A stretch of 64,000 nt of DNA from assembly GCA_965112735.1 (NCBI GenBank), contig OZ218961.1, forward strand, positions 2,790,001-2,854,000. Direction: 5' to 3'. The position numbers and the translations under genes are program-made. The notes beneath the pieces are model-generated. The model saw nothing but the letters and a program-made list of their open reading frames with translations. It made no database searches and was not told where the DNA came from. The stretch's first letter is position 1, and the number at the start of each line of letters is the position of its first letter. The stretch comes from Phaeosaccion multiseriatum. Its lineage: Eukaryota > Protista > Ochrophyta, other classes. This document shows positions 47,986 through 60,042 of this stretch, one piece after another.

Positions 47986-50664
47986 TCACGAACTGCTGCT
48001 ACTGATGTTGCTGTTCTTCGCCGCGAGGTCCGCCAAATCTCGCTCTCGCTCCAGTTGAGAAGCTCGCTTCCGGAGGGCGCGAGCATCACCCCCCGCCTCT
48101 CCCAGCCAGGCTATCAAGGGCTGCAGATGAGGGCAGTCCCTGAGCTCCACCTCCACCACCACCTCCTCCTCCTCCTCCTCCTTTTGGCTGCTTCTCTCCT
48201 CGCCTTCGCCATGGTTGCCCTCGTTCTGCCATTTGGCGAGCTCACACGCAGCCGATTCCACATCCCTTGCGAGAACGAGAGAGTCTCGACTAGTCCAGGG
48301 AGGCACCTCCTGTATCACCAACTGCTGATCCTGGTCCTGGTGCTGGTGATGGTGCTGGTGCGGGGGGGCGCCACTGTCCGCGAGAGGCTCTCGTTCTTCC
48401 CCATTCTGGGCTGACGGCCCCCTCGCCCCGTTCCCTTTACCCCTCCACCACGGAATCATCGTCCTAATTTCGCCCTCTGACAACAGGAAGGACGGTGCCG
48501 GTGACTGTGCTGCCGCTCCCCCCTCCTTCGCCTTCACGTCCTCTCCCTCCTCCTCCTTCTCCTCCTCCTCCTCCTCCTCCTCCTCCTCCTTCTCCTCCTC
48601 CTCCTCCTTCTTCTTCTTCTTCTTCTTCTTCTTCTTCTTCTTCTTCTCCCCTGTGAATGCTGCTGTTCCTCTGTCCACCTGGCCAGCATTGGCACTACTC
48701 TCCTCCGTCTCCGCATCTGACGCTTTTGACTGCTCTTGCTGCTGCTGCCGCCGCTGCTCTAGGCATCGCCGTTGGTGCTCACTGCACCACTGAGACACGT
48801 TGGAAAGAAGTTGGACGAGCTTGGAAAGAAACCTCACCTTTCGCCTGGGGGGGGGGCGTATGCAAGAAACAGGAGGGGACCGAAAAGAAGAGGAGAGGGC
48901 AATAGAAGGCTGAGCTTGTGAGGAGGACATCACATTCGCACGAGGCCGCCACCAGCACTAACCAGCACTACCATGAAAGGGGAAAACGTTACCAAAAGAA
49001 AGCACAACCTGTTTTACATGTGTCTCGCAAGCAAAGCGGATTCCCCAAAGCGCCAAGTCCGACTGAGCTTGGGGTAACACCACTCTCACACACACTGACA
49101 CTCGAACCCTCACTCACTCACTCACTCACTCACTCCCTCACTCCCTCTCTCATTTACTCACCTCACCGCAGCTTTGAGGTCTCCCTTGTCGCCAAGTTTG
49201 CCACATTGCGCAAAGAGAGAGTGGAACACAATCACTTCACCCTCCCCGGCGAGATACACAAGACAGGGTTCCAGGCCTGTGGACATGGAGATCACACCGG
49301 CGCGAGCAGCCCTGGATAGTCGGTAGAGGACAGGACAGGGTAGGGTAGGGTAGGGTAGGGAAGGGTAGGGTAGGGAAGTGAAGGGTAGGGAAGTGAAGGG
49401 TAGGGTAGAGCAGAGTAGGGTGGGGTAGGGTAGGGTGGGGTAGGGTAGGGTAGGGTAGGGTAGGGAGGGGTAGGGTAGGGTAGGGTACGGTAGGCCAGGA
49501 CAGACATGGGCACAGCAGCAAGCAAGCAACAACAGCAAGTAAGCAGTCAAACACCATCCAAGAAGATAAGAAGAAGGGCGAGAGAGCAAGCGCATCAAAT
49601 CGTTGCACGCCAACACTGGGCAAAAGAAACCCCAAAGCACCATAAACATCGATAGCCCCCCCTCCCACCCACACTTCCCCAGCATCTTAACTCTCGCCTC
49701 GTGTCTTCTCACCTCAGAGGATGCACCAAGAAAGGAGAAGGGTCAAAGATGGCAGTGCATGTTCCGTGGGCATCGAACATGTAAGAACGCCCCCCCCAGG
49801 AAGTAGCCACGAGGAGCTCTTCGGCCGCCTCTCCCCACCACGGGTCCTCGCCCGTGAGACTGGGCAGCACGTCCAGACAGAAGAACGGCTCGCGGGTTGC
49901 CCTTTGTTTTGTTGGTGTTGTTGTTGTATGGGGTTTGAGTTGAGGTAAGTCAATGGAGCCCGAGACTGGGTTAAAATCTATCGATCCCATTTATGGCGAT
50001 CGACGTTGATAAAGGTCACATAAGCGGAACAATAAAAACTGAAAACTGGGGTTGAAAGGCAGTGGCAAAGTCGACTTGAGATGAGTAAGACCGCGTGAGG
50101 GTATGGGTGGAGGTGATGGCAGGGTAGGGGTGGGTGGGTGGGGGGGGGGGGGGGAGCCTCGCACCTTGCCCATTCTGCTTGCCATCGCGGTTGTTCGACG
50201 GAGCTGGAGCTTTCGCCGCCCTCAGGCAAAGTGCTGTTCGGTGTCTCTTGTTCCTCCTCCAGGTCGCCATCCTCGCTCTTTGCGCTCCTTCTGCTGGTGC
50301 CTTCCGGTACTACTTGACAGCATGCAACTCGACCATCCATTGTGCACAGGCCAAAGGTCTACGGGACAAGGCAGGGAGGAGGGTAACGCGGAAGGGGCTT
50401 AATAGAGACAGGAGAGCGACCTCGGGTCACAAGGAGCCGGGTGGTTCTGTAACGGGTACACAGGGGCCAGGTGGTTCTGTAACGGGTCACAAGGGGCCGG
50501 GTGGTTCTGCTGAAGCGCACACGGTCAAGGAAGGGAGATACACGCAAAGGCCCGCGCGCGAGAGAGAGACACACAGACAGACACACACAGACAGAGAGAC
50601 AGAAGGAGAGAGACAGAAAGAAAGAGAGAGACAAACAGACACACAGAGAGAGAGACACACACAC

Positions 50665-50702
<38 letters not shown>

Positions 50703-53067
50703 CTCGAACAGAAAGTCTCACCGGCACACGTCTTCGCTCTCCCTCGTGCCCTGCTGCTCCCACTGCCCCGCCTCCTGCAGCAGGGCCTGGACTTTTGGCC
50801 CCGGTGCCGTCCGCTGCCCACCGCCTTGCCAACTCAGTGAGCGCACTGACCGGGGCTTGTTCCGTCGATGTCCCATCCATTCCATGACCGTCTCCATCCT
50901 GCTGTGTCTTCTCTGATGCTGCTGTTGGTGCAGCGGCACTAGCAGCAGCAGCAGGGGCTGGAGAATGTCGCTGGCCTGCAGCGAAGGTCTCTGAAGAGAG
51001 CCCCACCACGCGCGCGCCCACAGAGTCGCCCCAGAGGGAGAGTGGCAGCCCCCCGCTCACCGCCACCTCCACATCCACTGCGCTCACATGTACCTCCTTT
51101 CCACCGCCCCCGCCACCACCACCCACCCCAGACGACGGCCCGCCTCCTGCTTGCTGCTCGGTACCATGAGTAGTCGCGCTCGCTGCACTACCACTCGTCT
51201 CCACGAGCAGTTGGTACACCGCGATGGTGCCCACGTCCAGCCCTGCCACGAGGTACAGATCGTCGCCATCTGTCATGCCAGATGCAGCATATACGCACAC
51301 GCCCAAGAGCAAGAGAAAGAGAGATCAGGGAGGAGGGGGAGGAGGAGGAGCAGTTTCGGGAGATGATGGCAAGTGCACCGCGCGGAGTAACATACACACA
51401 CGCACGTACACACGCGTACGCACACACGTACACACCCACACCCACGCATGCACGCACCTTCGGCGTCATTTGCGTCCACACTCGAAATCATGCGGCGCCT
51501 TTCCCCCCCGTAAGCTCCGGCAGACGAGGTAGGAGGGGCATTATGATTGTGACCAAACACACTCAGACTCTCTCCAAAGGCGTCCCTGTTGCTGCTACCG
51601 CTGGAGCTTCCGCGTCTCCCAAACACGTCCACCGAGTAAACAGGGCCGTTCACACGCAGCTCAAGGATGGGCACAATGCGGGGTGTGACTCGCGGGTCCT
51701 TCCAGCCCTGAGCAAGCAAGAGAGAGAGGGCACACAGCAGCAGCGCCAACAGCGGTGCGGTTGCGGTGTGTGAGGGCGTGCAGGAGGGAATTGCGTGAGG
51801 GGGTGCGTGAGGGCAGAAGGATGCCTCACAGTTCAAGTTCATAAGTTCATATGCACATGCGTGGCTTATCCGCAGGAAGGTCATGCCACAAAAATAAAGC
51901 CACGTCGCCTCTGACCTTCATACGTAATTCGTAGGTTGATTCCTATAAGTCAATACAATGCCTCTGACCTTATTGCCCTGCCGTTTCCTTTCCTGCTGCC
52001 TCGCGTCTTCGGTGAACTGCAGAGAGAGAACCATCACGAGTCCATCTGCAGTGCCGGTGACCAAGTCGCCTCTCCCGTCTTGCGTTACATCGCTCACTGC
52101 GCTGCAGGTGATGTTGAAGGGGCAGTCCAAGGAGAACATGGGTTGAATCTCGGACCGAAACGACTCGTAGGAGGAGAAGCTTCCGCCGTCCCACCTGTAT
52201 AGGTCGGTAGAGAGAGAGGGGGGGGGCAGGGAAGAGAAGGAGAGGGGGAGGGGAGGGACAGGGAGAGGGAGAGAGAGAGACAGAGAGACAAGTCGATGGC
52301 AATGGAATTAGAAAGAATGTGGTTCCAGAAAGAGTGTGGTTGCGGTTGGGATGGGCGGCCAAATGTAAGGGTGGTCGTGTGTATGGGGAAAACAGGAGGC
52401 ACGCGCACAGATGTACCCACCACGCATGATGACACGTACACACACTCACACACACACACACAAACACACACACACTCAAACACACACACACGCACGTGAT
52501 ATGGAAAATGTGGCATTGCCCTTCTAGAGCAAAGACCACGAGCTGCTTGGGAGCGGCGGATGCTACGGCTCCCCCAGCTCCCCTAGTGATGAAAGACGGC
52601 GCTAGAAGCAAGTGCCCGAAGCACAGAGAAGAGATGGTGCCAAGGTTGCTGCTCTGGAAGAATGCCTCGGGCTCATGGCGCACCTTGAATATGCTCAGGT
52701 GTCCATCGATCCCGCCTATGGTTAGTTCCACCTGGGGTTCCAATCCGGTACGAAAACGAGAGGGGCGGCGCTCTTCAGTTCCCAGGAATGGGCGAAGGGA
52801 GATGGTGTAGCCGTCTGCGTCAGCATTGGGGACCACACAAAAGTAAAAGACTGAGAAGGTCTCCCTCCTTGCGCTTCTTACCTCTCCTTGAGGGTCATTA
52901 TCAACGTTCTCGAGCAAGACTGCAGCGGGACCGATGACGTTGGAAGGGAAGTGAAAGAGCACAGACTCCTGGTGCGTGAGGCACACAGTCCTGGCCAGCG
53001 ACCCCACCTCCTCCTCCACTCGCCCCCCCTCGAAAGAGGAGCCTTGGTGGTCCACTTCCTCTTCCAT
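47986..53067 (-). CDS. ITFG2: ITFG2-like FG-GAP beta-propeller protein (KICSTOR subunit homolog), multi-exon
   Basis: [13 protein letters not shown]|..[12 protein letters not shown]...[59 protein letters not shown] follow the ITFG2 motif order as I recall it. Last exon is low-complexity. Confidence 0.75.
50423..50509. repeat. 30-bp tandem repeat x~3 in an ITFG2 intron
   Basis: Unit CGGGTCACAAGGAGCCGGGTGGTTCTGTAA with minor variants. Confidence 0.9.
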
Positions 53068-53390
53068 GGGGCAGCCCCCTTTTTCCTGATAGCTCAGCTA
53101 CTTCGATTCATTGAAGGAGAGAAGGCTTCGTGTGTAAGAGAGAGATCCCAAGGTCGAGGGTATAGAAGGAAGCAGGTGTGAAGGAAGGGAGCAAAGGGAA
53201 GCGCTGATCAAGGAAGGGAAAGATCGAAAGATCACGAAGGGGGGGGAGGTGGTGCTCGCTCACCATCTGTGAGGAGCAGGTTAGGGGTATCCGCCGCGCC
53301 ATAATAAAGCCGTCAACGACGGGAGTGTCCCAGACAGAGGCAGATTCTTACGCAGCCACTGCAGTAAACCGCGTCCAGGTTGGGGCCGAG

Positions 53391-55280
53391 ATGTCGTCCC
53401 TCACGGAGAAGTACAGCAAATGGGACAACATTGAGGTGAGTGGATCCTCTTCCTCTGTTCGATCTCTGTTCCTTGTCTCATCTCCTCCTCATGTATTGAT
53501 TCTCGCGCTCCCCATCTCTTGTTTCATCCTTTACCTCCTTGTTGTGGCTCATCCCCGACCACCCGACCGCACTGCAGCTGAGCGATGATGAGTCCGACTG
53601 CCATCCCAACATCGACAAGGACAGCTGGTTCCGCATGAAGCACCGCTCCAGGGTGGAACGCGAGGAGAAGGAGGAGAGCGAGAAGGAGCAAATCATGAAG
53701 CAAATGTCTGCGGATCTGAAGAAGTGCCTGACCCTCAAGACCCGCCTGGCGGAAGCGAAGGCCGCGGCGGCGAGCGGCGGAGACGACGATGGTGATGCGG
53801 AGGACCCCGCTGCCGTGCAGGCGGAGCTGAGCGAGGTGGAGAAGACCCAGGAGAAGCGCCAAGCCCGGCTGGATGAGCTTGAGAAGAACAAGAAGTGGAA
53901 TTGGGAGAACATGTGCCACGTCGTGGAGGAGCGGACTGTAGTCAGTGATGTAAGTGTGTGTTTTGGGGGGGGGGAGGGGAGTAAGTGTGTACGGAGAGAA
54001 GGGGGAGCTTCAGCCACTCGGCCAAAGCCTACTCTGTTGACGCCCTGCTCTGCTTTTTAGCCCCTCGTGAGGGTGCCAGGACACGGTGCTCTCTTTGTGG
54101 CCAGCGGGCCGGGAGATTATCGGATACCACGGCATCAACAGCTTTCCTTCTTCTTTTTCTCTCCCTTCTGTGCACCCCTTCCTATCTCCCTCCCTCCTGA
54201 AGTGCTGTCGTTCACTGACTGACACTCTTTTTTTCTTGTTCCCTTCGCTTCGTATCGCACAATCGCAAAATCGTAATCACACCACACTTGCAGGTGAAAG
54301 ATACGTTCGAGAGGTCCGAGCTGCCTCCTAAGCTCGCCGAAGCCATTGGACAAAAGCCCAAGCCCCAGCCAACCACCAAACAAGGCGAGGCGATGGTGGG
54401 ACCCACCTCCACCCCGGATGCCGTGAGGAAGTACGGAGACTTCGTCACTGAGAACGAGACACTGTTGGAAGAGTACTCTGAAGTGGTAAGTGAGAGGGAG
54501 TGAGGGGGGGTGGGTGAATGGGTGGGGGAGTGAGTGAGTGAGTGAGGGGGGGAGGGAAGGAGGGAGGGAGGGAGGGAGGGAGGGAGGGAACGGGTGGATG
54601 GGTGGGTGAGAGTGCGGGGGAGTGGGTGGGTGGTGGCTGAGTGAGAAGGGGAGTTGGTGAGTGAGTGAGGAAGTGCGTGAGTTCGTGCGAGTGAGAGCGA
54701 GTGGGTGAAGTGAAGGCACCCCCCTAACCCCTTCTCTTTTCCGATACTCTTCAAGTAATTGCTGGTATGTACCTCTTTGCTGCGTTTGCTGCTACTGAGA
54801 GGATTTGGTCTGAGCCTTGTTTCTTCTCATCTCCTCCATTCCTTCCCTCATGCATATGCCCCTCCGCCTTCCTCCTCCCATCCACCCCTGCTTTGTCTGC
54901 CTCTCTCTCTGCCTCACCCCCCTTCGCAGGAATCGCTGGAGGCGACAGCAACTTTCCTGCTCGAGAAGGGCGGGACTCTCTTTGCCGACCACGCGCAGAG
55001 CTACCTGCTGCTGGCCTGTCTGGAGGACGAAATGAACGGCAAGCGAGAGCGTATGCAGCTGGTCGCCCGTCAGAGCCAGATCCTGACACACATTACCGAA
55101 CTCGCCATCAGCCTCAAGCGCCCGCCACAGGACGTCGTTGTGCCCTTCTTCCGACGCATCAAGGTAACGGCGGCGGAGGGGGTCGTGGTGCAAGAGGGGA
55201 GGAAGCGGAGTAGCACATACCTCCTACCTACCTACCTCCCTACCTATCTATCTACTTTGACTGTGCTGGGGACCAGAGAT

Positions 55281-55317
<37 letters not shown>

Positions 55318-56009
55318 GACTAGACGAAAAGAGGCATTCCTGACACACTCTCTCTCTCTCCGCATGGCGTCTTCTTCTCCTTCCCTCTTTTGCCGTCCGT
55401 CCTTCGTCCGTGCTGCTGTGATGTTCGTATGCTTTCTTCTCACCACCGCCACGCCCTCCCTCCCTTCCATCCCTTCCTCCTTACCTACCTGCCTGCGTGC
55501 TCCCCTCCCTTCCCTCCTTCCCTCCCTCTCTCCCTCCCTGGCGGCACCTACGGCCCCTACAGGAGAAAGACCATTGCGATCAATTCTGGGAGGCTGTAAA
55601 GTCGTTTGCCGAACGTGTGCAGGGACGTGCCATTGAGAAGCGGAAGGAGATGGAAGCCGAGAGAGCAGCGAGGGGTGGAGGCGACGAGGACCAGGGGGAG
55701 GAGCTCTCCAGGGAGGAGAGACTTGGGCCCGGTGGCTTGGACCCAATTGAAGTGTTCGAGACGCTGCCCCCGGCGCTGCAGAATGCCTACGAGTCCAGGG
55801 ACACGAGCAGGCTCATTGAGGCAATGGGCTCGATGGAGCCCTCAGAGGCCAGGCATTGGATCAAGCAAATGACAGACTCTGGGCTGTGGGTGCCGGCGGC
55901 AGGGGACGCGGAGGAGGAGGCGAAGGAGGCGGGGACGGAGGCCGTGGCAGTGGATGGCGAAGGCTCTTCTACAGGTCCCTCGGAGCAGGCGCCAGAACCG
56001 GAAGGGTGA
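53391..56009 (+). CDS. CDC37: Hsp90 kinase co-chaperone Cdc37
   Basis: KYSKWDNIE|LSDDESDCHPNIDKDSWFRMKH, WNWEN, C-terminal ERLGPGGLDPIEVFETLP...DSGLWVP. Confidence 0.97.
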
Positions 56010-56261
56010 AGGGTGGGCCTTGAATGGAAAAGTGGAGGGTGAAAAGGGAATGGAAGAGGAAAGGAAGGGAAGTCTTTCGAGTTGTCGAGCGCTCGGTCGG
56101 GAGGCTCGCTTCCCCCCCGGCCGCCATACTCTCTTTTATCGTGCATCGCGTCGCTTGCCGTAGTCCTTCCTCTGGACTTGCGATTCTACGAGTACAGTAT
56201 AATATGCTAATGAAAGGCACAAGCATAGCATAGGGAGACCCCTTTGAGGGAACGGGAAGGC

Positions 56262-56384
56262 CAACAAGAGACAGTGAGACAGCGGTAGTACTGGTTCTGT
56301 TACAACAAGAGACAGTGAGACAGCGGTAGTACTGGTTCTGTTACAACAAGAGACAGTGAGACAGCGGTAGTACTGGTTCTGTTA
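56262..56384. repeat. Perfect 41-bp tandem repeat x3 between convergent CDC37 and RAD21
   Basis: Unit CAACAAGAGACAGTGAGACAGCGGTAGTACTGGTTCTGTTA, with no spacers. Confidence 0.95.
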
Positions 56385-56709
56385 CGAGGTGCGTCCTATA
56401 ATGCTACACGCCTATTGCTGCTACTGCTAAGCCTACTGATCACTACGGCCGTATGGTCTAAAAAGCTAAATACATACACATACAACGCCGATGCTTTCGT
56501 TCGTGTCTCCAGCCCGCCCCCATTGGCCACAAACGGAAACTCTACAACACGAATCGCGTAAGTCGATCTTCGGGTAGTGCCCGAACCGACACTAGTACGT
56601 ATGATGGGAAGGGAATTGGGAAAAAGCAAAAACGCCCCGCAGAGAGAAAAGCCTTTCCCTCCTTCACAGCTTCACAGCCCTCCTCTCCTTCCCAACTTCA
56701 CTCGCAACA

Positions 56710-58992
56710 CTACTGGACCTTCTCTTGCAGGCGTGGCGCGGGCAGGATGCTAATGTCCTCAAAGGGCTCGGCCTGCCTAAGCTCCACAAAGTCCTTCGTC
56801 TTGAGCTGCAGCAGCTGAAAGAAGCAAGCTGCTGCTGTACGGCGGTTGGAGCCCTTGGTCATATGCAAGAGACTCACCTCCTCCTTCTCCTTGAGCTGCT
56901 CCTGCACCAACTGTAGCACCTTGACCGTCTGCTTGTTCCACTCCTCCTTCACCAAGCTCGTCTTGCCACCCTCCCCGCCCTCCTGCCCCTCCCGATCGAC
57001 CCCAAACTCCACCTCTGCAGTCATGCCCTCCACAGCAGACATGGACAGGTCCAGAGCCACATGGGGGGGCACGTCCTCCCCGTCGTACAGCTTCTGCTGC
57101 TGGTACTGCTCCTCGTCAGGCTGGTCGAAAGCGTCATCAAAGGCCACACCCTCGGTTGGGGGGTTGAGGTCCCAGTCCCTCCCACCGCCCTCGCTGCGTC
57201 GCTCCTCCTCCTCATCCTCCTTCTCCTCTTCCTCTTCCTCCGGCAGCTGTGGCTCCTCCCGCTCGTCCTTGCCCCTGCCCCCGTGCCGTGCCTCCTCCAC
57301 CTCCTCCTGCTCCTCCTCCTCAGGCAGGAGCACGTCCTCGCCTGCCGGATACATGTCGTCCTCAAGGTTCCAGTGCTGCTCCCCCTCCCCCTCCAGCTGC
57401 TGCTGGTCGTCCCGCCAATCGCCCCGGCCGGTCCTTGGCCCCTGCTCCTCTTCTTCCTCCCCCTGCCGTCGCTGCTGCCGCTGCTGATGCTGCTGCTGCT
57501 GCTCCTCCTCTTCCTCCTCTTCCTCCACCCTCGGCCTCTTCCTCTTGGGCATATCGAAGGTCAAGCCGTCCATCTGCATGGTCCACATGAGCATGTTGCG
57601 CAGCTGAGGCGCCAGGTTGGGTACGAGCGGCTCCATGAGCATCTCCTCCCCTGTCATGCCCTTCTCGGGCTCGTCTCGCACTAACCGAGGCACGCGCAGG
57701 ATGTCCGACGTGTCCTCGAGGTTCCGCTTCAGCACCCGTGGGTCCAAAGTGATACGCTCATCCATTTCAAGCTGCAGCCTCCTCCTCTTGCTGCCGCTTC
57801 CCTTCCTCTTGGCCGCAGCTTGTGTACCTTTGCCGCCTTTCGGGCCCTTCTTCCCCCTCGCCTCCTTGCGCGCTGCTGCAGCGGCTTCTTCCTCCTGCTG
57901 CAGCTGCTGCACTGCATCGTCCAGCTCCTCTCCCATGGAGTCCACCGTCTTGGCCGGCGTCGGCAGCTCGATCTCCCCCATACTCATTCGAATGGGTGCC
58001 CCGATGTCGCCCTCCTCCTCCTCCTCCCCATGCCGCCCTCCCCCCATCGGGCCAAAGTCCATCACGTCGCCTCCGACATCATAGTCCGGCTGGGGAAGGT
58101 CCATATCCGCGTCGTACAGGTCATTCGGCTCCTCCCCAACGCCCAACTCATCCTCCCCGGGCCCGCCGAGCCCTCCCCCCCCCCCCGCTGGACCGGGACC
58201 GCCAATACTAAGGCGCCCTACCGTGCTCCTGCTCACGTCTCCATCCCGAGCAATCTCAATGTCGCTGTAGCTGCGCGGCTGGTCCTCAAAGTCCTCCGGC
58301 ATGTCCCCGGGCCCCAAGTCGTCGTGCTCCTCTCTGCTCCTGTCCCCCACGCCGCCCGCAGCAGACTGAGAGAGGAAGCTGAGACGCCCCAACCTGCTCC
58401 TGCTCTGATCCCCATCACGCAAGCTCTCAATGTCGCTCTCCCTCCCTGCCGCTCCAGCTGCCCCCTCGTCGTCGAGCTCCGTCCACCGGCTGCCTCCCTC
58501 CTCGCCTCCAAACGAGTCTGGGTCGGCCAGAGAAATGCCTCTCCGATGCGCCACAGTGCTGGAGTCAGCTGCGATCCAATCGTCAACCTCAGGGAGCACC
58601 TCCATATCTAGCGCGAAAGGGTCGCCGCTGTCCATGTTCATGTCGAACTCCCCAAAGCCCTGCACGTTGATGGCGTGGGAGGCCGCCTCGGACGCCCCCG
58701 CGGGCAAGTCCACCACTCCGGGACGAAAGGCCATCTTGATTTTCGACAGTGCCTCGGTGCAGTCCGTCATGAGGTACTTGACCTTGCGCGAGTAGATACG
58801 CACCAGCCCCAGCAGCAAGTGCCCCGACACGCGCAGCGCCAACGGTACCGCTGGGTTCACGATGGAGTCCACCGAAACGACGACATTGGTCTGGAAGATG
58901 TTGGTCCGCGTCAGCTTCTTGTCCCAGTGCGCAGCGGTCCAAATTTTACCCAGTGGGCCTTTCTTTGCTAAGATAAGCTGTGAATAGAACAT
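56710..58992 (-). CDS. RAD21: Cohesin kleisin Rad21/Scc1, intronless
   Basis: MFYSQLILAKKGPLGKIWTAAHWDKKL...PLALRVSGHLLLGLVRIYSRKVKYL, C-terminal winged helix RRTAAACFFQLLQLKTKDFVELRQAEPFEDI. Confidence 0.98.
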   Translation of the reverse strand: MFYSQLILAKKGPLGKIWTAAHWDKKLTRTNIFQTNVVVSVDSIVNPAVPLALRVSGHLLLGLVRIYSRKVKYLMTDCTEALSKIKMAFRPGVVDLPAGASEAASHAINVQGFGEFDMNMDSGDPFALDMEVLPEVDDWIAADSSTVAHRRGISLADPDSFGGEEGGSRWTELDDEGAAGAAGRESDIESLRDGDQSRSRLGRLSFLSQSAAGGVGDRSREEHDDLGPGDMPEDFEDQPRSYSDIEIARDGDVSRSTVGRLSIGGPGPAGGGGGLGGPGEDELGVGEEPNDLYDADMDLPQPDYDVGGDVMDFGPMGGGRHGEEEEEGDIGAPIRMSMGEIELPTPAKTVDSMGEELDDAVQQLQQEEEAAAAARKEARGKKGPKGGKGTQAAAKRKGSGSKRRRLQLEMDERITLDPRVLKRNLEDTSDILRVPRLVRDEPEKGMTGEEMLMEPLVPNLAPQLRNMLMWTMQMDGLTFDMPKRKRPRVEEEEEEEEQQQQHQQRQQRRQGEEEEEQGPRTGRGDWRDDQQQLEGEGEQHWNLEDDMYPAGEDVLLPEEEEQEEVEEARHGGRGKDEREEPQLPEEEEEEKEDEEEERRSEGGGRDWDLNPPTEGVAFDDAFDQPDEEQYQQQKLYDGEDVPPHVALDLSMSAVEGMTAEVEFGVDREGQEGGEGGKTSLVKEEWNKQTVKVLQLVQEQLKEKEEVSLLHMTKGSNRRTAAACFFQLLQLKTKDFVELRQAEPFEDISILPAPRLQEKVQ

Positions 58993-60042
58993 TGTCTCTG
59001 CGGAGGGGAGAGAGACGGCTGTGGTTCCGCCCTTGGCTGCCTACAGGAGCAGTTTCAAAATGTGCCAACAGGCCCTAAACACCTCGGATGAGGTCGTGGT
59101 CTCTTTGCGTCCACCACCAACACGAGGGGCACCGTCTGGAGAACAAACGAGGGATTGGGGGGAAGGGAGGGCAGGAGCGAAGTCGAGGGATCAGCGCGCG
59201 CAGACGAAAATCGTCACACACATTTCCATAGCAAAGCCGAGCAGCAGCATGTGGTGATGTGCTACAGCTGCACTCGTAGCATCGCGCATGGCAGCGCCAT
59301 GACAGTAGATGGGGTCTGCCACCACAGGCCTCCCTATTCTTTCCCCCCTTTTGCGTATCACCTCTGGGCCGGACTTCGAGGTCGTCTGCGTGTCTATACG
59401 CCCCGCCTTGCTCTTGACAGACACGATCTCCTTCCCGACTTAAGTTGATAGTCACAGAAGGGAGGGGGGAGGGAGGGGGGGGAGGGAGGGGGGTAAGGGT
59501 TGTCTGAGCATCCCGCCAAGCGCGCGCCCGAGAGCGAAAGTAGGAGAACGAGAGAGATAGCGAGAGAGGGACAGGCAGCAGGATAGAGGCACACACACAC
59601 ACACACACAGAGAGAGAGCGAGAGGAAACGCACATGCCCGGGCGCTTGCGAAGGACAAGCAAACTCTTACCTCTCCCCTACTCCTCCTTGTAGTCTCCCT
59701 TCCCGCCGTTTTCCACCCTGGGTCCAATGGATTGCGAGGGCTCCCCAAATGTAATGGCCAATGTCCCACACCCCTGACAGAGGCAGGGATAGAGCGCAGA
59801 CAGGTAGACTAGGCACGGCGACCAGGGGTAGAAAAGGGATGGGGGAGTGGCGTTGGTGGAGAAAGCCAGAAACACGTAAGCTTACGTAAGACAATACATA
59901 GGTGCAAAATTTAAATTTAAATTTAATGGGCCACGTTTAGGGGAGAGAGGGGTATACATGTAGAAAAAGAGACCCGTGGGGAATGCGCCTGTGCTTCTTG
60001 GCCCCCTCAATACTCTCCTCCACAGGTTGCTGGACTGCGAAC

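Noticed and set aside
56262-56384. 41-bp repeats as a CRISPR array
   Set aside because: The units are contiguous with no unique spacers, there are no cas genes, and the context is eukaryotic.
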